DNA of 63,768 nucleotides, filler included, from Octopus bimaculoides (Eukaryota): assembly GCF_001194135.2 (NCBI RefSeq). It is 4 parts of 3 records of this genome, joined end to end, with 100 filler letters (N's around TTAATTAATTAA, not from the genome) between each part and the next. Parts side by side here need not be neighbours in the genome. Positions count along the whole stretch, not along the records: positions 26,614 to 55,600 come from NC_068990.1; 3 more parts are not named here. The stretch is one strand, 5' to 3'. How positions within the stretch are numbered: position 1 is the stretch's first letter; each line of letters begins with the position of its first letter. The notes beneath the pieces were generated by a model. That model was given only the letters and a program-made list of their open reading frames with translations. It made no database searches and was not told where the DNA came from. The position numbers and the translations under genes were made by a program. Positions 38,385 through 51,074 of the stretch are shown here, in pieces.

Positions 38385-41035
38385 TGAGGCGGTGAGCTGG
38401 CAGAATCATTTGCACCCCGGACAAAATGCTTAGCGGCATTTCGTCCGTCTTTACGCTCTGAGTTCAAATGCCCGCGGAGTCGACCTTACCTTTCAACCCT
38501 CGGAGAGCGATAAAATAAGTACCAGTTGAGAACTGGAGTCGATGTATTTGACTTATCTTCATCCTTGAAATTGCTGGCCATGTGCCAAACATTTAAGCTG
38601 ATATTAAAAGACCTGTGTCCTGCTTATTCAATCTTCTCCCCTATTTCAACTACATCCTTCGATTGATTTCAGAAGTGACAGCATTTCTAACCATTCTTCT
38701 CTTCTACAACACTTTTTGTTATGTTATATTTCTCGTCGTACATAAGGCGGCAAGCTGGTAGAATCGTGAATGCACCGGACAAAATGACTAGCAGTATTTT
38801 GTCCTTCGTTGGCGGCGAGCTGGCTAAATCGTTAGCGTGTCGGACAAAGTGACTTTTACTATTTTTTCAGGATATTTACGTTCTGAGTTCAAATGCCGCC
38901 GAAGACGACCTTGCCCTTCATCCTTTCAGAGTCGATAAAATAACAACCAGATGAGTACTCGAGAAAATCGACTAGTCTGCAAGCCCCACTTCTCAGATAT
39001 AGAGTAACAAGGACCTCAATGTCTGAAGCAGTGCTCGGCAACCTTTATCGACTAGAAGATCGCATGAGATATTACTCATCAAGAACTGGATTAAGTGTAT
39101 TAGATATTGGTTTCAAATTTTTGGCACAAGGCCAGCAATTTCGGGGACAGGCTAAGTCAAAAATATCGACTCCATTGTTCCACAGGTAATTAATTTATCA
39201 ACCCTGAAAGATGAAAGGCAAAGTTGACCTCAGTGGAATTTGAACTCAGAACGTAAAGACGGGCGAAATGCCGCTAAGCATTTTGCCTGGTAGACTAACA
39301 ATTCTGCCTGCTCACCACCCGAAATATAGTAGATATTTCTAAACAAGGAAGATTACTGTTGTAAATATTTAATATTAATGATTTAGAAATAATTCATCCA
39401 AAGAAATCCTATTTATACTTGTATAATAATCCTTTCTACAGGAAGCCCAAGACCTCAAATTTGGGGGAAGGGATTAAGTCGATTACATCGACCCCGGTGC
39501 AAAACTGATACTTATTTAATCGACCACGAAAGGATGAAAGGCACAGTCGACCCCGTCGGAATTTTTTATACCAGTAGAATAATAAAGGTAAATGCGCCGT
39601 GTAAAAAATCCACAAGAGCCACCTGCCGCCTTACAAGCGGCAGGTTGTCCAATTACTGATCTAGAATGTTCGTTAAGTGTTCTTTGGTTTCAGGTACTTA
39701 TGAGTGAGGGATTGATAATGAAACGAAAACAACTCGAGAAAATACGAACGCAGACTTGGCTATCCCGAATTATCAAAACAAATATGTAATCATTTAAAAG
39801 TTACTTATTAAATATCATTATTACAGATTTATTGTCTTAATTGATGAAGAGCCTAAGTTTTTTTTTTCCAGTTTATTACACTAGCATGGTTAAAAAGAAA
39901 ACATGTCTTATATAAAAAAACATAAATATATGTTTGTACTGGAAATCGAAAACTAATTTCGGTTGGGGGGGGGATACATAGAGAGAGAGAAGTGGGGGAG
40001 GAGCATTAGTCGATTTTATCGGTCTCTGTATTAGACTGGTACTTTATTTTATTGACCTCCGAAAGGAAAAAAGACAAACTTGACCTCGGTGGGATTTGAA
40101 CTCAGAACGTAAAACAGGAAGATATGCTACGAATCGCGGATCATTAATGGTTCTGCCAGCTAACAGACTTTAGATGAGTCTGTATTGATAGTTTCAAATT
40201 TTGGCACAGGGCAAGCAGATTTTGAGGGGAGGAGTAAGTCGATTACATCGACCCCAGTGCTCAACTGCTACCTATTTCATCGACCCCAAAAGGATAAAAG
40301 GCAAAGTCGATCTCGACGGAATTTGAACACGGAACATAAAGACGGACTAAGCATTTCGTTTGGTGTGCTAGCGATTCTATCAGCTCGCCGCGATAGAAAC
40401 CTCTAATAAAAACCTCTTTAGAATACCTTACGGCGGAGAACTGGCAGAAACGTTAGCACGCCGAGCGAAATACTTAGCGGCATTTCGTCTGCCGTTACGT
40501 TCTGAGTTCAAATTCCGCCGAGGTCGACTTTGCCTTTCATCCTTTCGGGGTCGATTAAATAAGTACCAGTTACTCACTGGGGTCGATGTAATCGACTTAA
40601 TCCGTTTGTTTGTCCCCTCTATGTCTAGCCCCTTGTGGGCAATAAAGAAATAAGAATACATTAGAAACTTCTTTTTAAAAAGTGGCCTTTAAACATCTAT
40701 ATATTCGTTTCGTTTACTCGGGATATCCAAGTTTTTTTTCAAAAAATTCCGGATTGTTTCCGTTTTATTGTTTCTCAGTCATATATGTCTAAAGCAGTTT
40801 TCTTTTTTATTTCCCTCTGAAACAGATGCCAGCCCTTTGCTTAGTTCAAGGCCAGCAATTTTTGAAAGGAGGGTACAAGCCTATTACATCGACGACCCCT
40901 TTACTGATATCTTATTTTATCGACTCCGAAAGGTTGGAAGGTGAACATGAATCTTGACGGGAGTTGAACTCAGTACGTAAAGAGCCGGAAGAAATGCCGC
41001 TAAGCAGCATGTCCGACGTGCTACCGATTCTGGCC
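38385..41035. mobile_element. Cluster of about 8 SINE family A copies
   Basis: Approximately 38385-38620(+), 38745-38965(+), 39108-39320(-), 39428-39565(-), 39990-40165(-), 40184-40392(-), 40432-40655(+) and 40840-41035(-). Confidence 0.85.
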
Positions 41036-41513
41036 TCACATATAACTGCGTAATATGTGAAACCAAAGTTCACATTGATGGAAAGATTGCCTTTGTTTGA
41101 GACAATAGCATGTGATTTGATGGAAATATAGCTGTTATTTCTAGTAGATGGAGAGACTCCACAGACATACAGTCTCCTTCATTAATTCTACTCGTTACTT
41201 AACGCTGTTCCCCCGTTTCTTTTCTTGCTTCTACACTGTTTATCGTAAACACGTCTTCATTTACTTTCACCCATCGGTGCTAGTTCTTATTTTCACTAGT
41301 TTGTTAGTCTTCATCAGAGGGGTTGCTCCTATTATTTTTCTCCCTTCTTCTCTATTAAGGTCTATGATTAAATTACAAATACCAGCATCTTCCTCTCACC
41401 GTTTAAACCCCAACTGTTTTGCACCTCGTGTTCGCAATGACACTCTTTCCACACAATTGCCGACCTTGTAGTAAATAAGGAGCCAATTACTATTACCATT
41501 ACTTTTATTATTA

Positions 41514-41573
<60 letters not shown>

Positions 41574-42059
41574 GTAGTAGTAGTAGTAGTAGTAGTAGTT
41601 ATTTTAGTAATAACGAAAACATTATTTATAATTCGTGGTTTGAGAAATACATCGGAAGTTTGCCTTCTAAAAACAAGATTATCATTATTATTATTATTAT
41701 TGTTATTGTTGTCGTTGCGTCGTTGATGTGACGGTAGAGGCGGCAGCGGCGGCAGCGGCGGCAGCGGCGCCTGCAACGGTGGTGGTGGTTGTGGTGGTGA
41801 TGGTAGTGATGGTAGTCACTAAAGCGGTGGTGTTGGTGGTTGTATTGGTGGTGGAGCGATAATCGCTACTTGCCATAGAGGCACGCGCTTTCACAGAGCT
41901 TTGTTTGGAAGATGCTGTGATTAGTCTCGAAAACGAGTGTTAATTAAAAAGTGTTATTACGAGAAAACAAAAATCTTCGGAATATTACTACCCACGTTTC
42001 ATTTCCCTGGGTTAGAAAATAAAGTCTGGCCATAGATATTTTTTATTATTCACACACAT

Positions 42060-42446
42060 TGTTGTTGGCACTCCGTCGTTTACGACGTCGAGGGTTCCAG
42101 TTGATCCGATCAACGGAACAACCTGCTCGTGAAATTAACGTGCAAGTGGTTGAGCACTCCACACACACGTGTACCCTTAACGTAGTTCTCGGGGATATTC
42201 AGCGTGACACAGGGTGTGACAAGGCTGACCCTTTGAATTACAGGCACAACAGAAACAGGAAGTAAGAGTGAGAGAAAGTTGTGGTGAGAGAGTACAGCAG
42301 GGTTCGCCACCATCCCCTGCCGGAGCCTCGTGGAGCTTTAGGTGTTTTCGCTCAATAAACACTCACAACGCCCGGTCTGGGAATCGAAACCACGATCCTA
42401 TGACCGCGAGTCCGCTGCCCTAACTACTGGGTCATTGCGCCTCCAC
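42060..42446 (-). mobile_element. SINE family C, full length
   Basis: tRNA-like head gtggaggcgcaatgacccagtagttagg...ggtttcgattccc and tail ...gacggagtgccaacaac. 12-bp TSD attcacacacat at 42048-42059 and 42447-42458. Confidence 0.9.
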
Positions 42447-42494
42447 ATTCACACACATATATATCTACAAACATCCATTTCACTTCGTTTACCA

Positions 42495-42808
42495 GTGGCT
42501 TGTGGTTAGTGGTCAGATATTTGGCTTAAGATTGTAAGGACATGCGTTCGATTCCCAGTGGCGCGTTGTGTCCTTCAGCAAGACATTTTATTTCACGTTG
42601 TTCCAGTCCACTAAGATGACAAAAATGAGTACCTGTAATTCAAAGGGCCAGCCTTGTTACACTCTGTCACGTTGAATCTCCTAGAGAACTACGTTAAGGG
42701 TACACGTGTCTGTAGAATGTTCAGCCATTTGCACGTTAATTTCATGAGCAGGGCTGTTCCGTAGGTTGGATCAACTGGAACCCTCGTCATCGTAACTGCC
42801 GGAGTGTC
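42495..42808 (+). mobile_element. SINE family C variant (C1)
   Basis: Collinear with 1784-2110. Confidence 0.85.
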
Positions 42809-43998
42809 AGTCAGCTTCTATTCATTACTAGGGTAGCGGATGAAGGTGCCAGTGATAAAGGTTATTTCAATGAATACGCTCACCATAAATCAATTTTGAA
42901 AATGCAAACATGAAAATAAGATAATTAACAGACAGACGCAACCTTAAATACATTTACAATTTTACACAAAGGGAAAACAATTAGAAAAAATACGGCTTAA
43001 CCCAAGGAAGGTACTGACATAGATGTGATTTTCATAAACTGATGAGGGTTTTTTAAATGTCCTCAAAAGAGAAACTTGAAGAAGTTCTGGTCGATATATG
43101 GCAGGATATGTGATCCAGCGATCGATGCAAGGAATATGAAAATGTATATTGGTATTTAAGATCGATGAAGAGGCAAAATGACAGAGACAGTATTGATATA
43201 TCACACACCTGTCCACAGGATGCTGCTGATGCTCAGAGGAGACACGATTAAGAGTTTCGGTCCTGACGTCGAGCATTGGTTTAGCATCACAATTGCGACA
43301 CTGTATGAAAAGGTGGTGATTGGGGGGGGGGGACTGGAAACATGCGATCGGGTGTGGTGTTTGCGTGGATTGTTTTGACACCCCACCAAAAAATCAAAGA
43401 GTAACATGGAGTAACATGGATCCTTACCTCATGTAGTGACCGATGACGAAGTCAATAAAGTTAATATTATAGGATAGAAAACTAGTTGCTACATGAGTGG
43501 AAATAAGAGCTAAATGTTTGAGGACTAGAAATACATGAGTGACAACTGTAGCTACATGACTGTAGTTGCACGTGAGAATATATACAGGAGTATTATGAGA
43601 GCATGTAACTACATGATGTAACTACATGCGCGATGGTAAATAGCTACATGTTTTGGAATATGTTGCTTCATGGAGGAAATATGTAGCTATATGTATGAGA
43701 GTAAAAGTCACATGAAGGTTTTATATGTGTAAGAGTGTAATAATCAGTGGCAATCTACTTTGGACACGAGCGGACAGTTTTCCTGAGTGTGTGTAGGGAT
43801 CAGCTTTCTTTCAGACATGCCATAGTCAAGACCTGATTTGTGTATGTTTTTACTAAACCTCGTTTTTAATTAAAGGCATACCAGCAACAGGTAGTCTATA
43901 CAAGAGTTCCACGAAGAATTTGGTGATACCAATTGATGTTACCACTTTAACCCTCCACAAAAATCCCAAATTTGATTTAATTTGTTTTGCGGGAAGGA

Positions 43999-44200
43999 CT
44001 GTTTTAACGAAGTCGCGTCTTGTCCTTACCTTCGAAACGCGGAGTAGATAAAACAGGAGACAACTGATGAAGGAAATGTTCTTTATGGTGCCTGTCTCGT
44101 TTCTCTATTTGCTTCTTTCGTTGTTCGTTTTCTATGTTTTTGTTTTTTATGTTCTCGTTTCTCATTTTGTTCACGTTTTTTGACGTCCCGTACCCATATA
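43999..44200 (+). mobile_element. Probable PLE-like terminal repeat with a defective hammerhead
   Basis: CTGTTTTA..GAAG-loop-CTTC GAAA C-GCGGA-G TA ..TAAAACAG gives stems I-III and a GUA site, but no CUGANGA box in place. A stray CTGATGA lies at 44064. Confidence 0.4.
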
Positions 44201-44609
44201 TGCATGTATATATACATATATATGTAGGTATGTACATATATGTATNNNNNNNNNNNNNNNNNNNNNNNNNNNNNNNNNNNNNNNNNNNNNNNNNNNNNNN
44301 NNNNNNNNNNNNNNNNNNNNNNNNNNNNNNNNNNNNNNNNNNNNNNNNNNNNNNNNNNNNNNNNNNNNNNNNNNNNNNNNNNNNNNNNNNNNNNNNNNNN
44401 NNNNNNNNNNNNNNNNNNNNNNNNNNNNNNNNNNNNNNNNNNNNNNNNNNNNNNNNNNNNNNNNNNNNNNNNNNNNNNNNNNNNNNNNTAAAGACTTTCT
44501 GTATTCCCGAGCGTCAAACTAATACATCCTTTTGTTGTTTACACCACCTGTCCTAGTCTGTTGTTTTTTTTCGTACATTCTCCCATATATATATATATAT
44601 ATATATATC

Positions 44610-45068
44610 TTTTATCTTTTACATTAGACTGCTGCCTTGCTCGGACACCACCTTGAAGAATTTTTAGTCGAATGAATTGACCCAAGTACTTATTTTTTTT
44701 AAAGCTTGGTCTTTATTCTATCGGTCTCTTCCTTCCCGAGCCACTACGTTACGGTGCGTAAACATACCAACACCGGTTGTCAAACGGCGGTGCAGCACAA
44801 ACACAGACGCAAATACACACACAAACACATGCGCGCGCGCACACACACACACACAGGCGCGAGCGTGGTTGTGTGGTAAGAAGCTTGCTTCCCAACCACA
44901 TGGCTCCGTATATACGACGAGTTCAAACCCAGTTTCCATCTGTCAAATTTACTCAGAAAGCAATGGTCGGCCCGGGGCTATATTAAAAGGCACTTGCCGC
45001 GCTGTAAGATGGAACCCGTATGCAAACAGTTACAGAGCAAACTTCTTAATCACTTAGCCAGACCTGCG
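44610..45068. mobile_element. Rearranged SINE family B mosaic
   Basis: B tail (-) at about 44610-44800, B head (+) at 44855-44908 and decayed B 5' half (-) at 44909-45068. Confidence 0.7.
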
Positions 45069-45814
45069 TAATTTTTTTCCTTTCCATTTCTCTCATTCGA
45101 GATTAAAATGAAATAAAAAAGATAAAGTTCAGATTCTTTAAAATAGATACGAAAATAAAATTTTAATAAACACAGATGAGAATTTCATTAAATAAGAGAT
45201 TTTGTTATTGGCATAAGCTCGGATTGATATCCTGTGTTTATCTCAAAGACTGATCACTTTACAATCGTACCACATCCGATGTTACCTGGCCAATATGAAC
45301 ATCTGGGCGATTAGTAAAACAACAGACCATGCTACAACAATCAGATAATGGGCTTCCTTTCATTCGCCTTGTCTTCTTTCCATCTTAACTTGCTTCCCGT
45401 TTTCCTCTTTTATTCTTGCTTTCTTTTATCTTACTCTCTTCCTTTCTTTTTATGTTTGCCTTGTTTTTCATTTCCTATTTTTATTTCATTCATTTATCTT
45501 TGATTAATAATTTATTTCGCTTTAAGCCACTTGTATTTATTGTTTATTTATTTCTCTTTTATCCATTCTCTTCGTTTTCTTCTAGTTCTTCCTAATCTCC
45601 AAGGTGTGTTGAGAACATCACAAATTCGTCTATCATTTTAGTCTCTTTGTTTCTTGTTTCTTTTTTCCCCTTCCTCTCAATGTTTCCATACAAAGACTTG
45701 TTGAAGTTTCTGGCAAATATTCTCCGGGACAAATATGAAATAACAATAGAACAGGAAGAAACGCAACACGCATCACGCATACACACATACTATCAAGCAT
45801 AGACACGCACACAT

Positions 45815-46045
45815 GGCGGCGAGCTGGCAGAAACGTTAGCACGCCGGGCGAAATGCTTAGCGGTATTTCGTCTGCCATTACGTTCTGAGTTCAAATTCCG
45901 CCGAGGTCGACTTTGCCTTTCATCCTTTCGGGGTCGATTAAGTAAGTACCAGTTACGCACTGGGGTCGATATAATCGGCTTAATCCGTTTGTCTGTCCTT
46001 GTTTGTCCCCTCTGTGTGTAGCCCCTTGTGGGTAGTAAAGAAATA
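45815..46045 (+). mobile_element. SINE family A, full length, young
   Basis: Nearly identical to 40432-40655 and 60990-61262. Confidence 0.9.
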
Positions 46046-46130
46046 ACACATAGGTACGTACACACACGCATACACACACATACAGACGTACACATACACG
46101 AATGCAAGCACATACATACGTGCTTACGCA

Positions 46131-46165
<35 letters not shown>

Positions 46166-46254
46166 TGTGCGTGTATGTGTGTGTATGTGTGTGTGTCTGT
46201 GTCTGTGTGCACGCGCGTGTGTACATGATGTATACATACGTACGCTTTTACATA

Positions 46255-46482
46255 CATGTGGTGGCCAGAACAATCTGGAATAGGATAAGAAAAAGTACCA
46301 ATAAAGTTCACCATCACGAGGCCCATGGCCCAAAAGATTATTTGTGGAACTAAATAATTAAAAGAGCCAAGAAGTAAAAACATAATTTGCCAGATATTAT
46401 TGTATGGAACTAAGGAAGATTGATAAGGAGCTTCCAAATCCAGTACCCAAGATAGACTTTCAGGTTCATACTTATTATCATC
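46255..46482 (+). mobile_element. Old, internally deleted R4-clade RLE fragment, lineage 1
   Basis: A single frame reads HVVARTIWNRIRK...YLWN*IIKRAKK*KHNLPDIIVWN*GRLIRSFQIQYPR*TFRFILIII, versus HDVVAK.I.NAIRR / WWN.SIK...CKHNRPDIV / G.L.RNLQLLYP. The 5' junction is TACATACAT|GTGG. Confidence 0.7.
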
Positions 46483-46641
46483 ATTATTATTATTATTATT
46501 ATTATTATTGGAGCAGCAGGACATTTACCAGCCTGACTGGGGTAAAGCATGTCTAAACTTGAGTTCTTGCGGAGAGAATACAACAAATGACGGGTCTACA
46601 AATGATCACGATATCTGGGACACATATACAGAACCACAAAT

Positions 46642-46691
<50 letters not shown>

Positions 46692-46712
46692 GAAGAGAGA
46701 GAGAGAGAGATG

Positions 46713-46757
<45 letters not shown>

Positions 46758-47645
46758 CGTGATAGATATTTATATAAACAGAAAAATAGACAGTTCTAAT
46801 TAGATAATTTCGCCTCGTTATCAGATTTATGTTAGTTTTCAGCGTGGTATACACTTCTTTCATATACCTCCTATCAAGCAGTCAATCTATCCATCTATCT
46901 ACTTGTGTATCTATAAACTCACAAACATAAACACACAAACTTTCACCCACTCCTACGCACGCTCATATATTCCTCTATGTATACATACAAATATGCATAC
47001 ATGCATGCATATGTACACAGATACTTTAGAAAGAGTTGTATGTGTGTGTGTTGTGCATATGTGTACGTGTGTATGTATATACATACATATGTATGTGTGT
47101 GTATATATACATGTACATACATACGTGTGTGTTTGGAGGGGTGCATGTATATGTGTGTGAGTGTGAATGTGCGTGAATGCACTCTCGTTTGTTTGTGTGA
47201 ATGAATAGAAACTCGTTCCCTTCCCAAGTGTCAGGTGATCTTTTTGGCTCCCTTACCAAAAAAAAAAGAAAAAAAAAATCCCCACCAACTTTACGCAGTT
47301 CTCCTCTCCTCCATCTCTCACTCATAATGGTTCTTTACTCCATTCCTTATCACATGTTTCTGTTGAAGAAATATGCCTTCGTTTCAATAAATTTTGAAAA
47401 TATTGAAGAATGTCTCTTCAGGTACATAAATAAATAAATAAAAATTAAAAGTCTCACTAGAGATTCGGTATTACGTATCGCCAAATGTCCGTCCACTTTG
47501 AGAATGAGTAAAAACAGAGAAAAGTTGAAAAATTCAAAAATGAACGTGAAAATTCTAGTTTAGAGAAAATGACGTAACGAGCCATCGCTGTTGTAACTGC
47601 CGAGAAAGAAAAGGAAGTACACATACACATACACATACACATATA

Positions 47646-48050
47646 GGCGCAGGAGTGGCTGTGTGGTAAGTAGCTTGCTTACTAACCACATGGTTCCGGG
47701 TTCAGTCCCACTGCGTGGCACCTTGGGCAAGTGTCTTCTACTATAGCCTCGGGCCGACCAAAGCCTTGTGAGTGGATTTGGTAGACGGAAACTGGAAGAA
47801 GCCAGTCATATATATGTACATATGTATGTGTGTGTATATGTCTGTGTGTCTGTATTTGTCCCCTCAACTTCGCTTGACAACCGTTGCTGGTGTGTTTACA
47901 TCCCCGTAACTTAGCAGTTCGGCAAAAGAGACCGATAGAATAAGTACTAGGCTTACAAAGAATAAGTCCTGGGGTCGATTTGCTCGACTAAAGGCGGTGC
48001 CCCAGCATGGCCGCAGTCAAATGACTGAAACAAGTAAAAGAGTAAAAGAG
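47646..48050 (+). mobile_element. SINE family B, full length
   Basis: Reference copy: tRNA-like head, caccttgggcaagtgtcttc core, internal microsatellite and tail aagtaaaagagtaaaagag. Confidence 0.9.
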
Positions 48051-48147
48051 ATACACAGATACATATATGTATGCGTATACACATATAAACATACGCCAGT
48101 GTACACGTATACGCAAATTCACATTAATATATACATACACACACACG

Positions 48148-48179
<32 letters not shown>

Positions 48180-49164
48180 NNNNNNNNNNNNNNNNNNNNN
48201 NNNNNNNNNNNNNNNNNNNNNNNNNNNNNNNNNNNNNNNNNNNNNNNNNNNNNNNNNNNNNNNNNNNNNNNNNNNNNNNNNNNNNNNNNNNNNNNNNNNN
48301 NNNNNNNNNNNNNNNNNNNNNNNNNNNNNNNNNNNNNNNNNNNNNNNNNNNNNNNNNNNNNNNNNNNNNNNNNNNNNNNNNNNNNNNNNNNNNNNNNNNN
48401 NNNNNNNNNNNNNNNNNNNNNNNNNNNNNNNNNNNNNNNNNNNNNNNNNNNNNNNNNNNNNNNNNNNNNNNNNNNNNNNNNNNNNNNNNNNNNNNNNNNN
48501 NNNNNNNNNNNNNNNNNNNNNNNNNNNNNNNNNNNNNNNNNNNNNNNNNNNNNNNNNNNNNNNNNNNNNNNNNNNNNNNNNNNNNNNNNNNNNNNNNNNN
48601 NNNNNNNNNNNNNNNNNNNNNNNNNNNNNNNNNNNNNNNNNNNNNNNNNNNNNNNNNNNNNNNNNNNNNNNNNNNNNNNNNNNNNNNNNNNNNNNNNNNN
48701 NNNNNNNNNNNNNNNNNNNNNNNNNNNNNNNNNNNNNNNNNNNNNNNNNNNNNNNNNNNNNNNNNNNNNNNNNNNNNNNNNNNNNNNNNNNNNNNNNNNN
48801 NNNNNNNNNNNNNNNNNNNNNNNNNNNNNNNNNNNNNNNNNNNNNNNNNNNNNNNNNNNNNNNNNNNNNNNNNNNNNNNNNNNNNNNNNNNNNNNNNNNN
48901 NNNNNNNNNNNNNNNNNNNNNNNNNNNNNNNNNNNNNNNNNNNNNNNNNNNNNNNNNNNNNNNNNNNNNNNNNNNNNNNNNNNNNNNNNNNNNNNNNNNN
49001 NNNNNNNNNNNNNNNNNNNNNNNNNNNNNNNNNNNNNNNNNNNNNNNNNNNNNNNNNNNNNNNNNNNNNNNNNNNNNNNNNNNNNNNNNNNNNNNNNNNN
49101 NNNNNNNNNNNNNNNNNNNNNNNNNNNNNNNNNNNNNNNNNNNNNNNNNNNNNATATATATTTA

Positions 49165-49995
49165 CAGGGTGTGGTGAATATATTGTCGTCTAAATTACGC
49201 AAAAATGAAAATAATACTGACATCTCATTTTAACAGACATATTTATCAAAATTACCTAAAAGTATCTTGAAGTACTAATAGAATCAATAAAACCCCCATT
49301 GTCTTCAACCACGGTCTCCAGACGACTTTGGAATCGCCTGCAACTCTTTTGGGCGGTCTCCTTGTTTAAGTTGGTGATTATTGCCATAATCCTTGCCTTC
49401 AGTTCACCTTTGGTATTACAAGGAGTTTAGCTGGTCTCTCGCTCAACTGCGCCCCACACATAATAATCAAGAGGGTTGCAGTCTGAGAAGATAGGGGTGA
49501 TGTGGTCGCAAAATTGTCTTACAGACTGGGTTCTTCTGCTTGTGGCGAATTGTGCAGACACAGTGTCTTCCAGCAACCACCCTCTTGACTCAGGGCAGCA
49601 CTACTTCCTCCAGGCACTTGATATAGGCCTCCATGTTGTGTCTGAGGCCGTGTGGGAAGATGAATGGAGGCATAACGTCGCCATTACTAGTGATTACTCC
49701 AAACGAACATCATGATGGTGACAGGATGTTTGATTGCTATCACTCTCAGTGCTTGTTTTGGGGACACGGCAAGCCAATGGTTGTTCTGTGTGTTCAACAT
49801 TTCTTCGAACTGGAGCCTCTGGCCCGAATGCCAACCAGTACAGCATGTGATTTCCAAATTTCTGGCAGAGTCAACTGCGTCATGGTGGATGTTTTTCTCA
49901 CAGACAGTGCCCAACTGACCCTACTATACTGTGTAGTCGACAAAATTAAAAACAAACAAAATATAAGATGGGGACAATTTGCCCATTGTCCGCTG
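49165..49995 (-). mobile_element. Non-autonomous maT/DD37D element with both TIRs (831 bp)
   Basis: TA|cagggtgtggtgaatatattgtcg ... gacaatttgcccattgtccgctg|TA, with remnant PLDYYVWGAVE. It has a deletion similar to the 29485-30269 copy. Confidence 0.8.
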
Positions 49996-50087
49996 TATGT
50001 GTGTGTGTGTATGTGTGTGTGCGCGTATGTGTGTGTTTGTGTGTATGTGTGAGAGCGTGTCTCTGTGTGTGTGTGTGTGTGTGTGTG

Positions 50088-50142
<55 letters not shown>

Positions 50143-50989
50143 TTGTGTATGTTTATAAATATATATACATACGTACATTCATATATGCATGTGTATATAT
50201 ACACATGATTACAAAACACATAAATAAATAAATATGCACACAACATATACTATGATATACACACATACACACATACACACACGAACACACACGTGCACAT
50301 ATACAGTGTATGTAAATTAAATTAGTCACAAAACTATCATATAATTATGTCAGTGAAGCTCCTGTGGGGAAACACCGTTTCATACTTATTTATTCAAGAT
50401 ATTTTTCTTCGTATCAAAAATATATATAATACGTACATGTGTCTATAGATGTGTATGTATATTTGATTACATACATATCTAGTTGGACAAACTAGACACG
50501 CGCATAAAACATACGCATTATATATGTATATATATATCATGTATATGTCTAGTTTGTCCATATATATAAATATTATATTATATTATATTATATATATATA
50601 TACACACACATATACATACGAAGCACACTTATATGCACGCGCAAACACAAACAGAAACACATGTAAACGCATATCTGTAGCGCCACTGACAAAAATAAAA
50701 TCTAACTGTAGGATCACTCTGTATATTTAAGTACAGTCTCTCCTTTTACTTATTTCAGTGATAAATCTGCGGCCATGCTGGGGCAACACTTTCAAGGATT
50801 TAGATGAACAATCGACCCCAGTTCTGTTTTTTTTTCTTTTCTTTTTTTTTTTTTTTTTTTTTTTTTTTTNNNNNNNNNNNNNNNNNNNNNNNNNNNNNNN
50901 NNNNNNNNNNNNNNNNNNNNNNNNNNNNNNNNNNNNNNNNNNNNNNNNNNNNNNNNNNNNNNNNNNNNNNNNNNNNNNNNNNNNNNNNN

Positions 50990-51042
<53 letters not shown>

Positions 51043-51074
51043 TACATACATACATACATACACATGTATGTATG

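Noticed and set aside
42962-43381. 139-aa minus-strand ORF
   Set aside because: Non-ATG start, no recognisable motif or splice signals, and no supporting neighbouring exons.
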